Source of the DNA: Octopus vulgaris
Taxonomy: Eukaryota
Assembly (NCBI GenBank): GCA_951406725.2
Contig: OX597829.1
Coordinates: 14,880,001 to 14,944,000 of the forward strand
Reading direction: 5' to 3'
DNA length: 64,000 nucleotides
The number at the start of each line of letters is the position of its first letter. Position 1 is the first letter of the stretch. Positions 29,001 to 46,568 of the stretch are shown one piece after another. The notes under the pieces are model-generated. The model was not told where the DNA came from. It ran no database searches and was given only the letters and a program-made list of their open reading frames with translations. A program made the position numbers and the translations under genes.

Positions 29001-31660
29001 GTAGTGTTGGTGTGGTGTATAGTAGTGTTGGCGTGGTGTATGTTAGTGTTGGTGTGGTGCATGTTAGTGTTGTTGTGGTGTATGGTAGTGTTGGTGTGGT
29101 GTATGTTATTGTTGGTGTGGTGTATGGAAGTGTTGATGTGGTGTATGGTAGTGTTGTTGCGGTGTATAGTAGTATTGTTGTGGTGTATGGTAGTGTTGGT
29201 GTTGTGTATGGTAGTGTTGGTGTGGTGTATGGTAGTGTTGTTGTGGTGTATGGTAGTGTTGATGTGGTGTATAGTAGTGTTGGCGTGGTGTATGGTAGTG
29301 TTTGTGTGGTGTATGTTAGTGTTGTTGTGGTGTATGGTAGTGTTGGCGTGGTGTATGGTAGTGTTGGTGCATTGTATGGTAGTGTTGGTGTGGTGTATGG
29401 TAGTGTTGATGTGGTGTATAGTAGTGTTGGCGTGGTGTATGGTAGTGTTGTTGTGGTGTAAGGTAGTGTTATGTGGTGTATGTTAGTGTTGTTGTGGTGT
29501 ATGGTAGTGTTGGTGTTGTGTATGGTAGTGTTGGTTTAGTGTATGGTAGTGTTGGTGTAGTGTATATTAGTTGGTGTGGTGTATGTTAGTGTTGTTGTGG
29601 TGTATGGTAGTGTTGGTGTTGTGTATGGTAGTGTTGGTGTCGTGTATGTTAGTGTTGTTGTGGTGTGTGCTAGTGCTGGTGTTATGTATAGTAGTGTTGG
29701 TGTAGTTTATGGTAGTGTTGTTGTGGTGTATTGTAGTGTTGGAATGGCGTATGGTAGTGTTGGTGTGGTGTATGTTAGTGTTGTTGTGGTGTAAGGTAGG
29801 GTTGGTGTGGTGTATAGTAGTGTTGGTGTAGTGGTAGTGTTGTTGTGGTGTATGGTAGTGTTGGCGTGATGTATGGTAGTGTTGGTGTGGTGTATGTTAG
29901 TGTTGTTGTGGTGTATGGTAGTGTTGGTGTGGTGTATGGTAGTGTTGATGTGGTGTATAGTAGTGTTGGCGTGGTATATGTTAGTGTTGGTGTGGTGCAT
30001 GTTAGTGTTGTTGTGGTGTATGGTAGTGTTGGTGTGGTGTATAGTAGTGTTGGCGTGGTATATGTTAGTGTTGGTGTGGTGTATGGTAGTGTTCGTGTGA
30101 TGTATTGTAGTGTTGGTGTGGTGTATGTTAGTGTTGGTGTGGTGTATGGTAGTGTTGGTGTGGTGTATGTTAGTGTTGGTGTGGTGTATGGTAGTGTTGA
30201 TGTGGTGTATAGTAGTGTTGGCGTGGTGTATGGTAGTGTTGGTGTTGTGTATGGTAGTGTTGGTGTGGTGTATGGTAGTGTTGGTGTGGTGTATCATAGT
30301 GTAGGCGTGGTGTATGTTAGTGTTGGTGTGGTGTATGTTAGTGTTGTTGTGGTGTATGGGAGTGTTGGTGTTGTGTATCGTAGTGTTGGTGTAGTGTATG
30401 GTAGTGTTGTTGTGGTGTATGGTAGTGTTGATGTGGTGTGTAGTAGTGTTGGCGTGGTGTATGGTAGTGTTGATGTGGTGTATGGTAGTGTTGGCGTGGT
30501 GTATTGTAGTGTTGGTGTGGTGTATGGTAGTGTTAATATGTTGTATGGTAGTGTTGGTGGGGTGTATGTTAGTGTTGTTGTGGTGTACGTTAGTGTTGGT
30601 GTGGTGTATGGTAGTGTTAATATGTTGTATGGTAGTGTTGGCGTGGTGTGTGTTAGTGTTTGTGTGGTGTATGTTTTTGTTGTTGTGGTGTAAGGTAGTG
30701 TTGGTGTGGTGTATGGTAGTGTTGGTGCAGTGTATGATAGTGTTGTTGTGGTGTATGTTAGTGTTGATGGGGTGTATAGTAGTGTTGGCGTGGTGTATGG
30801 TAGTGTTTGTGTGGTGTATGTTAGTGTTGTTGTGGTGTATGGTAGTGTTGGCGTGGTGCATGGTAGTGTTGGTGTGGTGTATGGTAGTGTTGGTTTGGTG
30901 TATGGTAGTGGTGGCGTGGTGCATGGTCGTGTTGGTGTGGTGTATGTTAGTGTTGGTGTGGTGTATGGTAGTGTTGGTGTGGTGTATGTTAGTGTTGTTG
31001 TGGTGTATGGTAGTGTTGGTATGGTGTATGTTAGTGTTAGTGTGGTGTATGGTAGTGTTGGTATGGTGTATGGTAGTGTTGTTGTGGTGTATGGTAGTGT
31101 TGGTTTGGTGTATGGTAGAGTTTGTGTGGTGTATGGTACTGTTGGTGTGGCGTATGGTAGTGTTGGTGTGGTGTATGGTAGTGTTGGTGTAGTGTATGGT
31201 AATGTTGGTTTGGTGTATTGTAGTGTTGGTGTTGTGTATAGTAGTGTTAATGTGGTGTATGGTAGTGTTGGTTTGGTGTATGGTAGTGTTGGTGTAGTGT
31301 ATGGTAGTGTTGGTTTGGTGTATGGTTGTGTTGGTGTGGTGTATGGTAGTGTTGGTGTTGTGTATGGTAGTGTTAATGTGTGTATGGTAGTGTTGTTGTG
31401 GTGTATGATAGAGTTGGGGTGGTGTATGCTAGTGTTGTTGTGGTATATGATAGTGTTGGTGTGGCGTATGGTTCTGTTTGTGTGATATATGGTAGTGTTG
31501 CTGTGGTGCGTGTCAGTGTGGTATATGGTAGTGTTACTGAGGTGTATGGTTGTATGATTATATTGGTATAAGCTATAGCAGTGTTGATGTGGTGTTATGT
31601 AGTGTTGTGGTAATGTATGGTAGTATTTGTGTGGCATATGGTAGAGTTAGTATGGTGTAT
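26010..31660 (+). repeat. 21-bp minisatellite, G/T-rich orientation (ggtgtggtgtatggtagtgtt)n
   Basis: About 5.6 kb array; nearly homogeneous at about 28070-29020 and degenerate toward both ends. Confidence 0.97.
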
Positions 31661-32434
31661 GATATTGCTTTGAGGATCCATGTTGGTACTGAGACAGCTG
31701 CCCTTTTTTGAAACGACAACGCTGCAAGTATCCTTATAAGGAAGAAATGTGACTGTCTTGAATCACAAGATTCCACCTCATGTATGTGCCTCTACACCTG
31801 GGCGAGGAAATTCCTGTGAGTTGATTTGCTTGATACTCACGGACCACATTCTCTCCAACTTTTTCTCTCTTCTTGATTCATCATACTTTGATTCTGTTAC
31901 TTCTTTTACTTTTCCGACTTTCTTTCCCCTCCATCAACTCCAAAATTTCGCACAGAATTTAGCTGATGAGTAGTTCTGCCCTAAATAATACACCTTGTAT
32001 TATAACTTGCTGGATCTTCATTAAATAATGTCATTATTCTATGAGTTCGATCATTTTCTTCTGCAACACACTTACCAAAATTATTTAAAAGAATGCACAA
32101 GTACCACTGCATTTAAAGTAATTTAACACAATAAATGATTTTTTAGAGTAGTGTTGGCAGCGGATACGAACATGTTTTGATAGAATCAAATGTCATCCTT
32201 GGCGTCTACTGTCTGCTGTATTCATGTATATTCTGCCACTGTTGGCCTTTGCTGGCGTAAGTACTAGACTTAATGATTTCTTTAGGATATCGATAACCTT
32301 GAGTAATATTTACGACCTTATTCCATTATTCATCCCGTCTAGATTAGCAGGTGTAACACTCATTCATGTTAAATTTCTAAAAGGTTGCTATTTCTGATTA
32401 GAAATTTCACTTGTTGATGATTTATTCATTAATC

Positions 32435-32835
32435 TATTTCTTTACTGCCCACAAGGGGCTAAACACAGAGAGGACAAACAAGGACAGACAAACGGATTAA
32501 ATCGATTATATCAACCCCAGTGAGTGACTGGTACTTATTTTATCGACCCCGAAAGGATGAAAAGCAAAGTCGACCTCGGCGGAATTTGAACTCAGAACGT
32601 AGCGGCAGACGAAATACCTATTTCTTTACTACCCACAAGGGGCTAAACACAGAGAGGACAAACAAGGACAGACAAAGGGATTAAGTCAATTATATCGACC
32701 TCAGTGCGTAACTGGTACTTATTTAATCGACTCCCGACCTCGGCGGAATTTGAACTCATAACGTAGCAGCAGACGAAATACTGCTTGTTTGTCCCCTCTG
32801 TGTGTAGCCCCTTGTGGGTAGTAAAGATATAGGTA
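32435..32835 (-). mobile_element. SINE family A, nested dimer plus inverted tail fragment
   Basis: Two minus-strand units joined at gacgaaatacc|tatttctttact, followed by a plus-strand tail at about 32785-32830. Confidence 0.85.
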
Positions 32836-33083
32836 TCCCCTGTAACATAAACTGTGTGTGTTTTTGAGTTTGTTTTTATCCCCCAACCACATCTTGAAAA
32901 GCGGTGCCAATTTGTTTACGTACGAATAACTTAGTGATTCGCTATGAGTATCAGGCTTAAAAATGTTTCTGGGTCAAAATCGTTAGTCTAAAGTATTTCG
33001 AGGCGGTATCCAGGTATGACTGCAGCAGATAAAGGACGAAAAATATAAATCAGTTATTGACGTTGTTGTTGTTGCTGTTACAG

Positions 33084-33213
33084 GTAAAGGCACGGGGATT
33101 TAGGGATTACCTTTCTCAACCGTTCCGTGTGATTGCTGGACGAGTGCACCGGTTGGATGTGGTTTTGACACGGAGAAACAGTTTAACAACAAACAGAAGG
33201 AAATCACAAAAAA
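33084..33213 (+). CDS. CPM: Carboxypeptidase exon, second half of the transthyretin-like domain plus basic linker
   Basis: gttgctgttacAG acceptor and GTAAGT donor at 33214. Translates VKARGFRDYLSQPFRVIAGRVHRLDVVLTRRNSLTTNRRKSQK; V-x-A-x-G-[FY]...LDxxL completes the beta-sandwich. Phase 0 in, phase 1 out. Too short to appear in the ORF track. Confidence 0.88.
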
Positions 33214-33270
33214 GTAAGTAGAAATGAACCGTCTTTTTATATTCAATGTATATCAACTTACATATTATTA

Positions 33271-33318
<48 letters not shown>

Positions 33319-33474
33319 GAAACAAAGCTCAGGTGTGGTCTTATTTTTTGTGGGTAGCGGGTTACCACCAGTAACCTTAGGTATTCACACATTTTTGGCA
33401 GTCTTTCGAGTTCCTAGAACCCTCGTCTTCTTCTTCTTCTTCTTCTTCTTCTTCTTCTTCTTCTTCTTCTTCTT

Positions 33475-33505
<31 letters not shown>

Positions 33506-33550
33506 TTATTATTATTATTATTATTATTCTTCTTCTTCTTCTTCTTCTTC

Positions 33551-33596
<46 letters not shown>

Positions 33597-33600
<4 letters not shown>

Positions 33601-34338
33601 TAGTTTTATTTTTATAGCGTGCTTTCACTTCACTACCGAGCGCAGCTCTGTGTGCCTTGGGTATGTGCTGTGATTTGTTGTGATGCTCTGATGGTTATTG
33701 TATGGAAAGTGTTCTGCGTAGGATGTGTGCAGTGCCTAGTAGTGCAATTTTCTGTATGTTATATGTGTTTGTAAGTCCTGGTGTTTTTGTTATGTATTTG
33801 TCTGAATATTTTTTAATCATGCCTAATGCACCTACTATGATAGGAATTGTTTCTGTTTTTAGATTCCACATTCTGGTTACCTCTATTTCCAGGTCTTTGT
33901 ATTTTGAGAGTTTCTCCATTTCTTTTAGAGACACGTTGTCATCTGCCGGTATTGATACATCAATTAGAAAGCATTTTTTTCCTTCATGATCTCTGACAAC
34001 TATATCTGGTCTGTTGGCCTTAATTTCTCTATCTGTGAGTATCGGCATATCCAAGAGTATGGTTGCTTTCTCGTTTTCTGTGACCTTTTCTGGTGTGTGC
34101 CTATACCATCTTTTTTCTGTTGTTATTCCATAATGTTGGCATAGCTTCCAATGTATGTAGGTTCCAACTCTGTCATGTCTGTGAATATATTCCTTCTTAG
34201 CCAGGACTGGGCAGCTAGAGATAATATGATTTATTGTTTCTTGTCCATCTCCACATATTCTGCAGTTACTTGTAATATTTCTTTTCATTACATGTTTTTG
34301 GTAATTTCTGGTGGGGAGGCTTTGGTCTTGTGCTGCAA
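33597..34338 (-). mobile_element. R4/Dong-like non-LTR retrotransposon 3' end (CCHC finger plus restriction-like endonuclease) in (TAA)n
   Basis: Uninterrupted AAQDQSLPTR...CRICG...ETINHIISSC...RHD...RPDIVV...LIDVSIP...KEMEKLSKYKDL...LLGTAHILRRTL*. Confidence 0.92.
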
Positions 34339-34359
34339 TTATTATTATTATTATTATAA

Positions 34360-34461
<102 letters not shown>

Positions 34462-35017
34462 TGAGTGAGAGAGCAGTGCATGTTATCAAAGTGACACTGG
34501 GGTAAAATATACGAAGCCCAGTATACCCATCATGACTACCCGTCTGATAAGGGTACACCAGGCACATGCATCACAACCATATGTGCGCGACATGGTGATC
34601 TCTAATCAAGATAAACAGCACATGACCTTGCAAGTGGGGCCCAGTTAGAATTTTCTTCAGTTTGAGTAGCCCATCCCGCTCAAATGGTCCCTGAATAAGG
34701 GTTGTTTAAGGATGTTGAAAGAACCACCCATGTTTCCAGAGGTGAATTATTCAAACCCCAAAGAATCCCTCTCAACACATGGCTATGATGCTCCCCCACT
34801 ACTTCTGCTCGTGATCAGAGATGCACATATCGTCAGCCATTAAGGGAGATGCTCAACTGGTTAAGGTCAAACAACTGACAAGCAAATCTCTGGTATTGAG
34901 CAGAATATTTGCTGTAGCCCATCTTTTATACCAAGACAAAACAACGTACATGATAACGCTTCCAATCAATTAAGATCAGAAGCCATGAGAGCCACTGCCT
35001 GGTACTGCATCAGGGCA

Positions 35018-35091
<74 letters not shown>

Positions 35092-35126
35092 CATCGTTAT
35101 TATTATCATTATTATTATTATTATTA

Positions 35127-35223
<97 letters not shown>

Positions 35224-35840
35224 GAGAATTTGAATGCACGATGATTGCATTTCAGAGATTCTATGACTAACAAGTAGAGGGATTCCGTGATAAAGGCAGC
35301 CCCATCCTTAGGTATAAGGGTAATTTGAAACAATCATTAAAATCCCTAAAGCTTAATCTGACATCTTGGGAAAATTATTGCTTTAGATAGATCTGAGTGG
35401 TGTAAAATGTATCATAATGCATCTAAGCAATTTGTGCTGAAGAAAGAGAACCATAAAAGAATTATGTCCTGCAATCAACAAACATATTTGTCAAATCCCA
35501 AGCAAAATCAAAACCATCAGTGTGACTTCCTATCAAAATCCATACTTGGATTCAATGTATATTCATGTAACATTTAAATTCTTCTTTCTTACTCGTTCCT
35601 CGTTTAATATTCCTCCATCTATATGAGTAGATCAGCAGTTCCACTTGATTTCTTCCAACATCCTTTTTGTTCATGTTGGCAATAAATTCTCCTTTTTCAG
35701 AATATTAAATATTTCATCTGCTATAAGACCAGTTAATAGTTTCACATAGTAGCGGTAAGCAAGTAATTAGTCTATCCATGCTAACTTACCTCTCTTTTCT
35801 TGTCACAAAATTTCAGGTTCTTGTGCCTTTAATAGAAAGG

Positions 35841-35905
<65 letters not shown>

Positions 35906-36119
35906 AAATGGCAGCGAGCTAGCTGAATCCTTACCTTGGCAGAGAAAATGCTGCTAAACATTTCTTCCCGCTCTGTCTTCTGAGTTAATATAGCGAAGTC
36001 GACCTTGCTTTTCATCGTTTCAGGATGTCTTTTTAAGTCAGTGTATCTATAATCTGTATTACGCAATATTCTAACACGTTTAGTTGTATAAGTTGTTTCT
36101 TTTCCTGTGTATAAAACTT

Positions 36120-38330
<2,211 letters not shown>

Positions 38331-38828
38331 CTATATTCTAGATGTTTAATTTCTTTACTGAGAACTTTTTTTTATATCCCCATAATTTAGCGGTTTGCTT
38401 AAAGAGAGCGATTGAATAAGTATCACACGTTAAAAAAACATATAAGTATTGTAGTCAATTGGTTTAATTAAACACTTTAAGGTAGAGCTACACAATAGCC
38501 GCAGTCCAATGAATCAAATTAAGAGACGAAACTGGATTATTAGATTGAACCGGGTGGAAATATTTTTTCGATTGTTTCTTAGGTGTTTGTAGGGTGAGTG
38601 TTAGAATGAAGGAGACGAAAGCAACCACAAGTGAACTATTACTGTATATACGCACGTATGTATGTACGTATATATGTGTCAGTGTATGTGTGAATGTGTG
38701 TAGAAACAGAGAGGGGCGAGATGCATATAGATATAAATAATATAACAAAATGTTATGAACATACCTATAAACAGGCATACATTGGTATATTCATACACAT
38801 ACAGATATACACTACACACGCACACATC

Positions 38829-38864
<36 letters not shown>

Positions 38865-39759
38865 ATACATAATTACAAGCATATATACATATATATTTAT
38901 ACATACACACGTATATTCATAATATATACATACATAAATACACTTGCATACACATACACACATAAGCACACGCATACATACATATGTCTACATACAAACA
39001 CACATTAATACACACACACACGCACACGCATATGCATACAAAAATACATACATAAATATACAAACCCATATTCGAAAATACATCCGTTCATGCATACAAA
39101 TGCTTATTCATTCGTACATACATATATACATATACATACATTATATACGAACATATTGTAATAAATATACCTGGAGGCAAACTGCCTCACAGGCAGAGAG
39201 AGACATTAGGTTTCATGCTCTCCTTGCTAGTTGCAGATTGTCTTGTCTTACCTGTGTATCGATTATATCGATTTTTCCCTCTTATATGACGAAAACCTAT
39301 CTATCGATTTCTTGTCAAGCTTTAAGCCCCAAACGAAGTAGCAGTTAGGTTTGGATACTGTTATGCTAACGTCTTTTTAATCACGATTTTTGGCAGTTTA
39401 CCACGGTGTGAGGTTCCACGTACATAAACACACATACAGATATATATATATATATACATATAAATGTGTGTATGATTGTGTTTGTAAGTATATATGAATA
39501 TGTGTGTGTATGTGTGTACGTGCGTGCGTGCGTGTGTGTGTGTGCGTGCATGTGTGTGTGTGTGTCTGTGTGTGTGCATTGAACAATAAAATCAGGAGGT
39601 ATGAGTAGTGAATATATATTTATTTAACCACGTGACTTCCATAGGATTACGGCCGTTTCGCAACCCTCTTCGTATAGTATTAATTTGAGTACACAAGGAA
39701 TGTGTTCATGCTTGCATTAGCAAATACGTTCACTTTTACACAATAAACTTGTATATTCT

Positions 39760-40153
39760 TTTCTACTCTAGGCACAAGGCCCGAATTTTTGGTGAGAGTG
39801 CCCAGTCGATTCAATCGACATCAGTTCACAACTGGTACTTAATTTATCAAGCCCGAAAGGATTAAAGGCGAAGTCGGCCTCGGCGGAATTTGAACTAAGA
39901 ACGTAGCGGCAGACGAAATACCTATTTCTTTACTACCCACAAGGGGCTAAACACAGAAAAAAAAACAAGGACAGACAAACGGATTAAGTCGATTATATCC
40001 ACCCCAGTGCGTAACTAGTACTTATTTAATCGACCCCGAAAGGATGAAAGTCAAAGTCGACCTTGGCGGAATTTGAGCTCATAACATAACGGCAGACGAA
40101 ATACCACTAAACATTTCGCCCGGCGTACTAACGTTTCTGCCAACTCGCCGCCT
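39760..40153 (-). mobile_element. SINE family A, nested in an older related copy
   Basis: Full head at about 40110-40153; same gacgaaatacc|tatttc junction at about 39922. Confidence 0.85.
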
Positions 40154-40464
40154 TAATAAACTTGTATATTGACAAATGAATGCTGATAAAAAAAAAAGCT
40201 ACATCATAGTTACACCAAATAGTATCGGCGGCACCACATTTTATTCTACTTGCTAGTGTGGGTCTGTTTGTGTAAGTGAATGTGTGTGTGTGTGTGTGTG
40301 TGTGTGTCTGCCTGTATGCGAGTGTGGGTGTCTGGGTAAAAGGCTTACTTTCCAATGACTTAGTTCCTATTTCAGTCCTATAGTATGGTAGCTTGGGTAA
40401 GTAGTGTCTATAGATCCTACTAGCCGATCAATGTTTTGTGGGGAGCACATTCGTAGACGAAAAC

Positions 40465-40562
<98 letters not shown>

Positions 40563-40854
40563 GATTTGTGTTGGTATGCGTGTGTGAGTTTGTCCACCCA
40601 TCATCGCTTGACAGTCGATGTTGGTGTGTTTACGCTCGCGTAACTTAGCTGTTAGGCAAAAGACACCACTAGAATAGGTACTAGGCTTAGAATAAGTCCT
40701 GGGTCGATTACTTCCAGTAAAGGCGCTGCTCCAGCATGGGCCCAGTCAGATAACTGAAGCAAGTAAAAGAATATATATATATGCTCTTTGTGTGTGGTGC
40801 ATATATAAGCATATATATTTAATGTACGTATATATAGTGTGTATGTATAATGCT

Positions 40855-40915
<61 letters not shown>

Positions 40916-41027
40916 TTGGTGCAAAAGGAAAAAATAGAACTCAAAATATGATGTGATACAAGATAGAGTTTCGTAACAATGCACGAAACTCTCAGATTTT
41001 GAGTCGCTTTGCTACTACTGCTAAATC

Positions 41028-41082
<55 letters not shown>

Positions 41083-41102
41083 TATGTACATATGCAGGTA
41101 TG

Positions 41103-41134
<32 letters not shown>

Positions 41135-41228
41135 ATGTATATATATATATGTATACATAGGTATATATTATGGAAGCATATATGTGCGCTTTAATATATG
41201 TATGTAGGAATACGTACATGTGTGCCTG

Positions 41229-41278
<50 letters not shown>

Positions 41279-41453
41279 CATATATATGTATACATATGTA
41301 TACATATGTGCACATGTGTATATGTGTATATAAATGCGTGTATATATGTTTGTAAAAGTATATTATGAATGTATATATGCGTAAGTGATTGCATACATGC
41401 ATACTACATATTCCATATATATATATATATGCACACGCACACACTCATATCAA

Positions 41454-41489
<36 letters not shown>

Positions 41490-41594
41490 GTTATGTGTAT
41501 ATGTGTGTGCATGTATGTGTATCTGTGTGTGTGTGTATCTGTGTTTGTGTTTGTGTGTGTGTGTGTATGTGTATGTATGTGTGTGTGTATGTAT

Positions 41595-41641
<47 letters not shown>

Positions 41642-42394
41642 TTCATAGATGTGAGTTGTTTTTCCACCAAGAGACAGCTCGAAAATATCAAAAATTACAA
41701 AAATATATCAGAAAATGTGAGAGAAAATGTGACTTAATACTATCACACTCTTTGGAAGACGAGAGCATATGAAAGGACTTCGATTTATAATCGATGTATT
41801 GATCTATGTATATTTTTTATGTTTGTACTCCTATATTATCCTCTGTGATTTCTAGTCTTGATATATTGTTAGTTCTATATCATTTCTGTTTTTTTTTTAT
41901 TATTATATTCTGTTTTTATATATTTCATTTTCTATTTTATTATCCGTCTGGATAGAATAAAAAAATTACAAGCGAAATCACGAAATTTGCTCACGGACAA
42001 CTAGTTAAATTTGCCATATTCCTATGTCTACTATAGGTAGGCTTACATATATTATATCATTCCTTGATAATGTGTGAAATGAGATCCCTGTTGGCTGGCC
42101 ACCGATTGAAATAAAATTTTAAGCACTTATCTTATGCAAGTTGAGCAGCTCCTATACTTTGATGCAACTGGATTTATTGAATAGACTGACGGCTTATTTC
42201 TCTGGGATTCCTCATGTTATATTGACACCTCTAATGACACCAGTAAGGTTTGAAACCGATTAAGGATGTTCATCATAATTTTCAATCTACGGAGAAATAG
42301 ATAAATAGATAAATAATTTTCAGGTATAACGTATAGATCGCCTTGCTTTAATGAATCCTTTACTTGTCCTGTTTCCCTCGATCGCACGTATTAC

Positions 42395-44010
<1,616 letters not shown>

Positions 44011-44312
44011 AGGATACACAGCTTTTTCCCGCCACCAGAGGAACATAGGACTAATGAAAAAAAGAGTTATATTACTCAGAACGTCTGAAACAATATTCAA
44101 AGATTCTGAAAGCAATCATGCCCGTATAGAACAGATATACACCTACAATTATATGATGTGTGTCACTGTGTATGTGTGGGCACCCACTAATTCTCTTTAC
44201 ATTGACTTTCAATATCATCTTAAAGTACACCGTCTGAAAATTGTTTGTAGAAAAGCTTATATTAAAACTTACCACTTTTCTGAATGTTACGAGAAAACAA
44301 AAAGGCATTTTC

Positions 44313-44402
<90 letters not shown>

Positions 44403-44769
44403 AATGATAGGTAAATAAGATCTCTGCCTGTTATTAATGATCTTGGACGAATGTTCTCGTTATTATTACCGATGGAATAGTGCTGCCTGTGGCTAAACGG
44501 TACGATGCGCGAATTTTTGGGCTGCCTTGGTGCTGTTTGAGGTGTAGTCCGGTTCTATCTTTATATAATAAGGTGTTCAAGGGAATCAAAACCTGACCAC
44601 CATGTTATAGAGGATATGGTGTGTGTTCCCTCTCTACATGTCACTGAATGATTCAAAGGAACACTGCAAGCTTAACAACTTGACACTAGCGTCTACGCAG
44701 GAGTTTCCAGAACGATATTGCACAAACAAATCGAACTTCATCAGGAACTCCGATTTCCGGTGTTTCCTC

Positions 44770-45450
44770 AGGGTTTATTATCAAAGCCGTTTCCCATAGC
44801 TAGATATGACTGCAAAGTAAAGCAGGTTTAGAATCAGAGTTTCCCTTCCCCTCGATGGGTTGCTCTCCCATAAGCAAACAAGCTTCATTTGCCCGACTGT
44901 CTTATTATTGGGAGCCTGACAAGTACTACTACTCAAGGTCAGAGTGAACCTGGGAACAATAGCTGCTAAGATGTTCATCCACACTCCTCAAAACAGTGGA
45001 AGTCTCAAACCAGTGGTCTAAAATGGAATAAAACTCAACATAATACCCAAATAGCAATTTTCCTGTCAAATTCAATGAAAATATAATTTTTTGTAAATCT
45101 ATCTAACCTCCAATTCTCTCCACTCACTTTCCTTGGGAGGAGCGTGGTAGTAGCCCACTCAGAGATCCTCCTTGGAATTCTATCAGAAGCAACCATCACC
45201 AATTGAAGCTATCGATATTATCCGACCATCTCTTTCTAGATCTACCCCTAGGTGTCCCGCCAGTTGGCTCTGCTTCAAGTATCCATCTAGCAATTCTTTC
45301 TTGTGATCTGATAATCACATGTCTGCAGTACAGGATGTGTGACCTTTCAATGCGGAGACGTATGGAGATCATCCAACTATCTCGTTCTTGTTTTATCTCT
45401 AGGTGGCCTGCCGGTCACCTCGGCATGAAGAACCAGTTCTGAACCATTCA
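44770..45450 (-). mobile_element. RTE-related fragments (5'-UTR-like motif about 44780-44870; C-terminal coding piece about 45100-45450)
   Basis: gcaacccatcgaggggaagggaaactctgattctaaacc resembles RTE 5' regions; RIERSHILYCRHVIIRSQERIARWILEAEPTGGTPRGRSRKRW. Confidence 0.6.
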
Positions 45451-45948
45451 AAAATGTATATATATACAGATCCATAATCTTTTCTGCACAATATTCTTGA
45501 GAGGAGCGTGGAATAGAGTCCTCAGGAAACTCTTCCATAGGATTCTATCCGACTTAAGTCGTTAAAATTTCTGGCTGGATTTCAAAGCGCAGGTTGGTAT
45601 CTGTTGCAAAGAAGGCCACAAAAAACAGCAATGTATAATGAGTTCCAATGAACAACCATCTCATGGTCCTAACGAGGGTTAACAAAAACAGAATTCGGAT
45701 CTTATGTGGAGATGTCAATTCTAAATGTATATTGCAACCTTCAGCCAGTGTTGGTAGAGTCAGCGATAAATTTTCTGCAAAGCAAATTTGAAATTTGTTG
45801 TGACACAAACAACAAGCCTGTAATGCTGTTTAAATCTTGACTTGGTATGAATAAATGAGAATGATTTTGAAAATTGCATTTATAGAAGACAAACTACATG
45901 AACATATATACATACATACATACATACATACATACATACATACATACA

Positions 45949-45984
<36 letters not shown>

Positions 45985-46252
45985 TATATATATGTACACA
46001 TACGTCCAAACATACATACATTCATACAAATATATTACATACAAAGTTACATGCATACATTACTTGAAAATATACATGCATACAAATACACATGCAAACA
46101 TACACCTATGCATATATGCAGATGTACTTACAAACAGATGCATACATAATACATTAATATATACATACATATGTACATACATACACGTACAAATGCATAC
46201 AAGCACCCACATACACAAACACACGTATATATATATATACACATACACGTAC

Positions 46253-46307
<55 letters not shown>

Positions 46308-46534
46308 TGGATGCATACAAACATACATAAATGAACACACACCCACACTTAGCATCATGCTTACATTTACACTTCATGATTTTAGTATTCACATTAGCAG
46401 CAGACATTTCGGCTACAAAGTTTTGAAAATTGAAATCAGGTGAGAGAAAAAAATGTAAGCAGACATCTTGTTTTACTAAGATAATATCGATCTAAGCGTG
46501 ATGCTGGTTGATGATTGAATAAAATGGGCATCAG

Positions 46535-46568
<34 letters not shown>

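Noticed and set aside
23954-31637. Long ORFs (VVYGSVG, TTPTLPY, HHTNTTI, WCMVVLV repeats) resembling mucin, adhesive or His-rich proteins
   Set aside because: The 21-bp unit lacks stops in several frames on both strands. Frames shift and stop at random, there is no signal peptide or splice structure, and the arrays are intronic.
24052-31660. CRISPR-like array
   Set aside because: Contiguous tandem units with no unique spacers, no cas genes, and a eukaryotic context.
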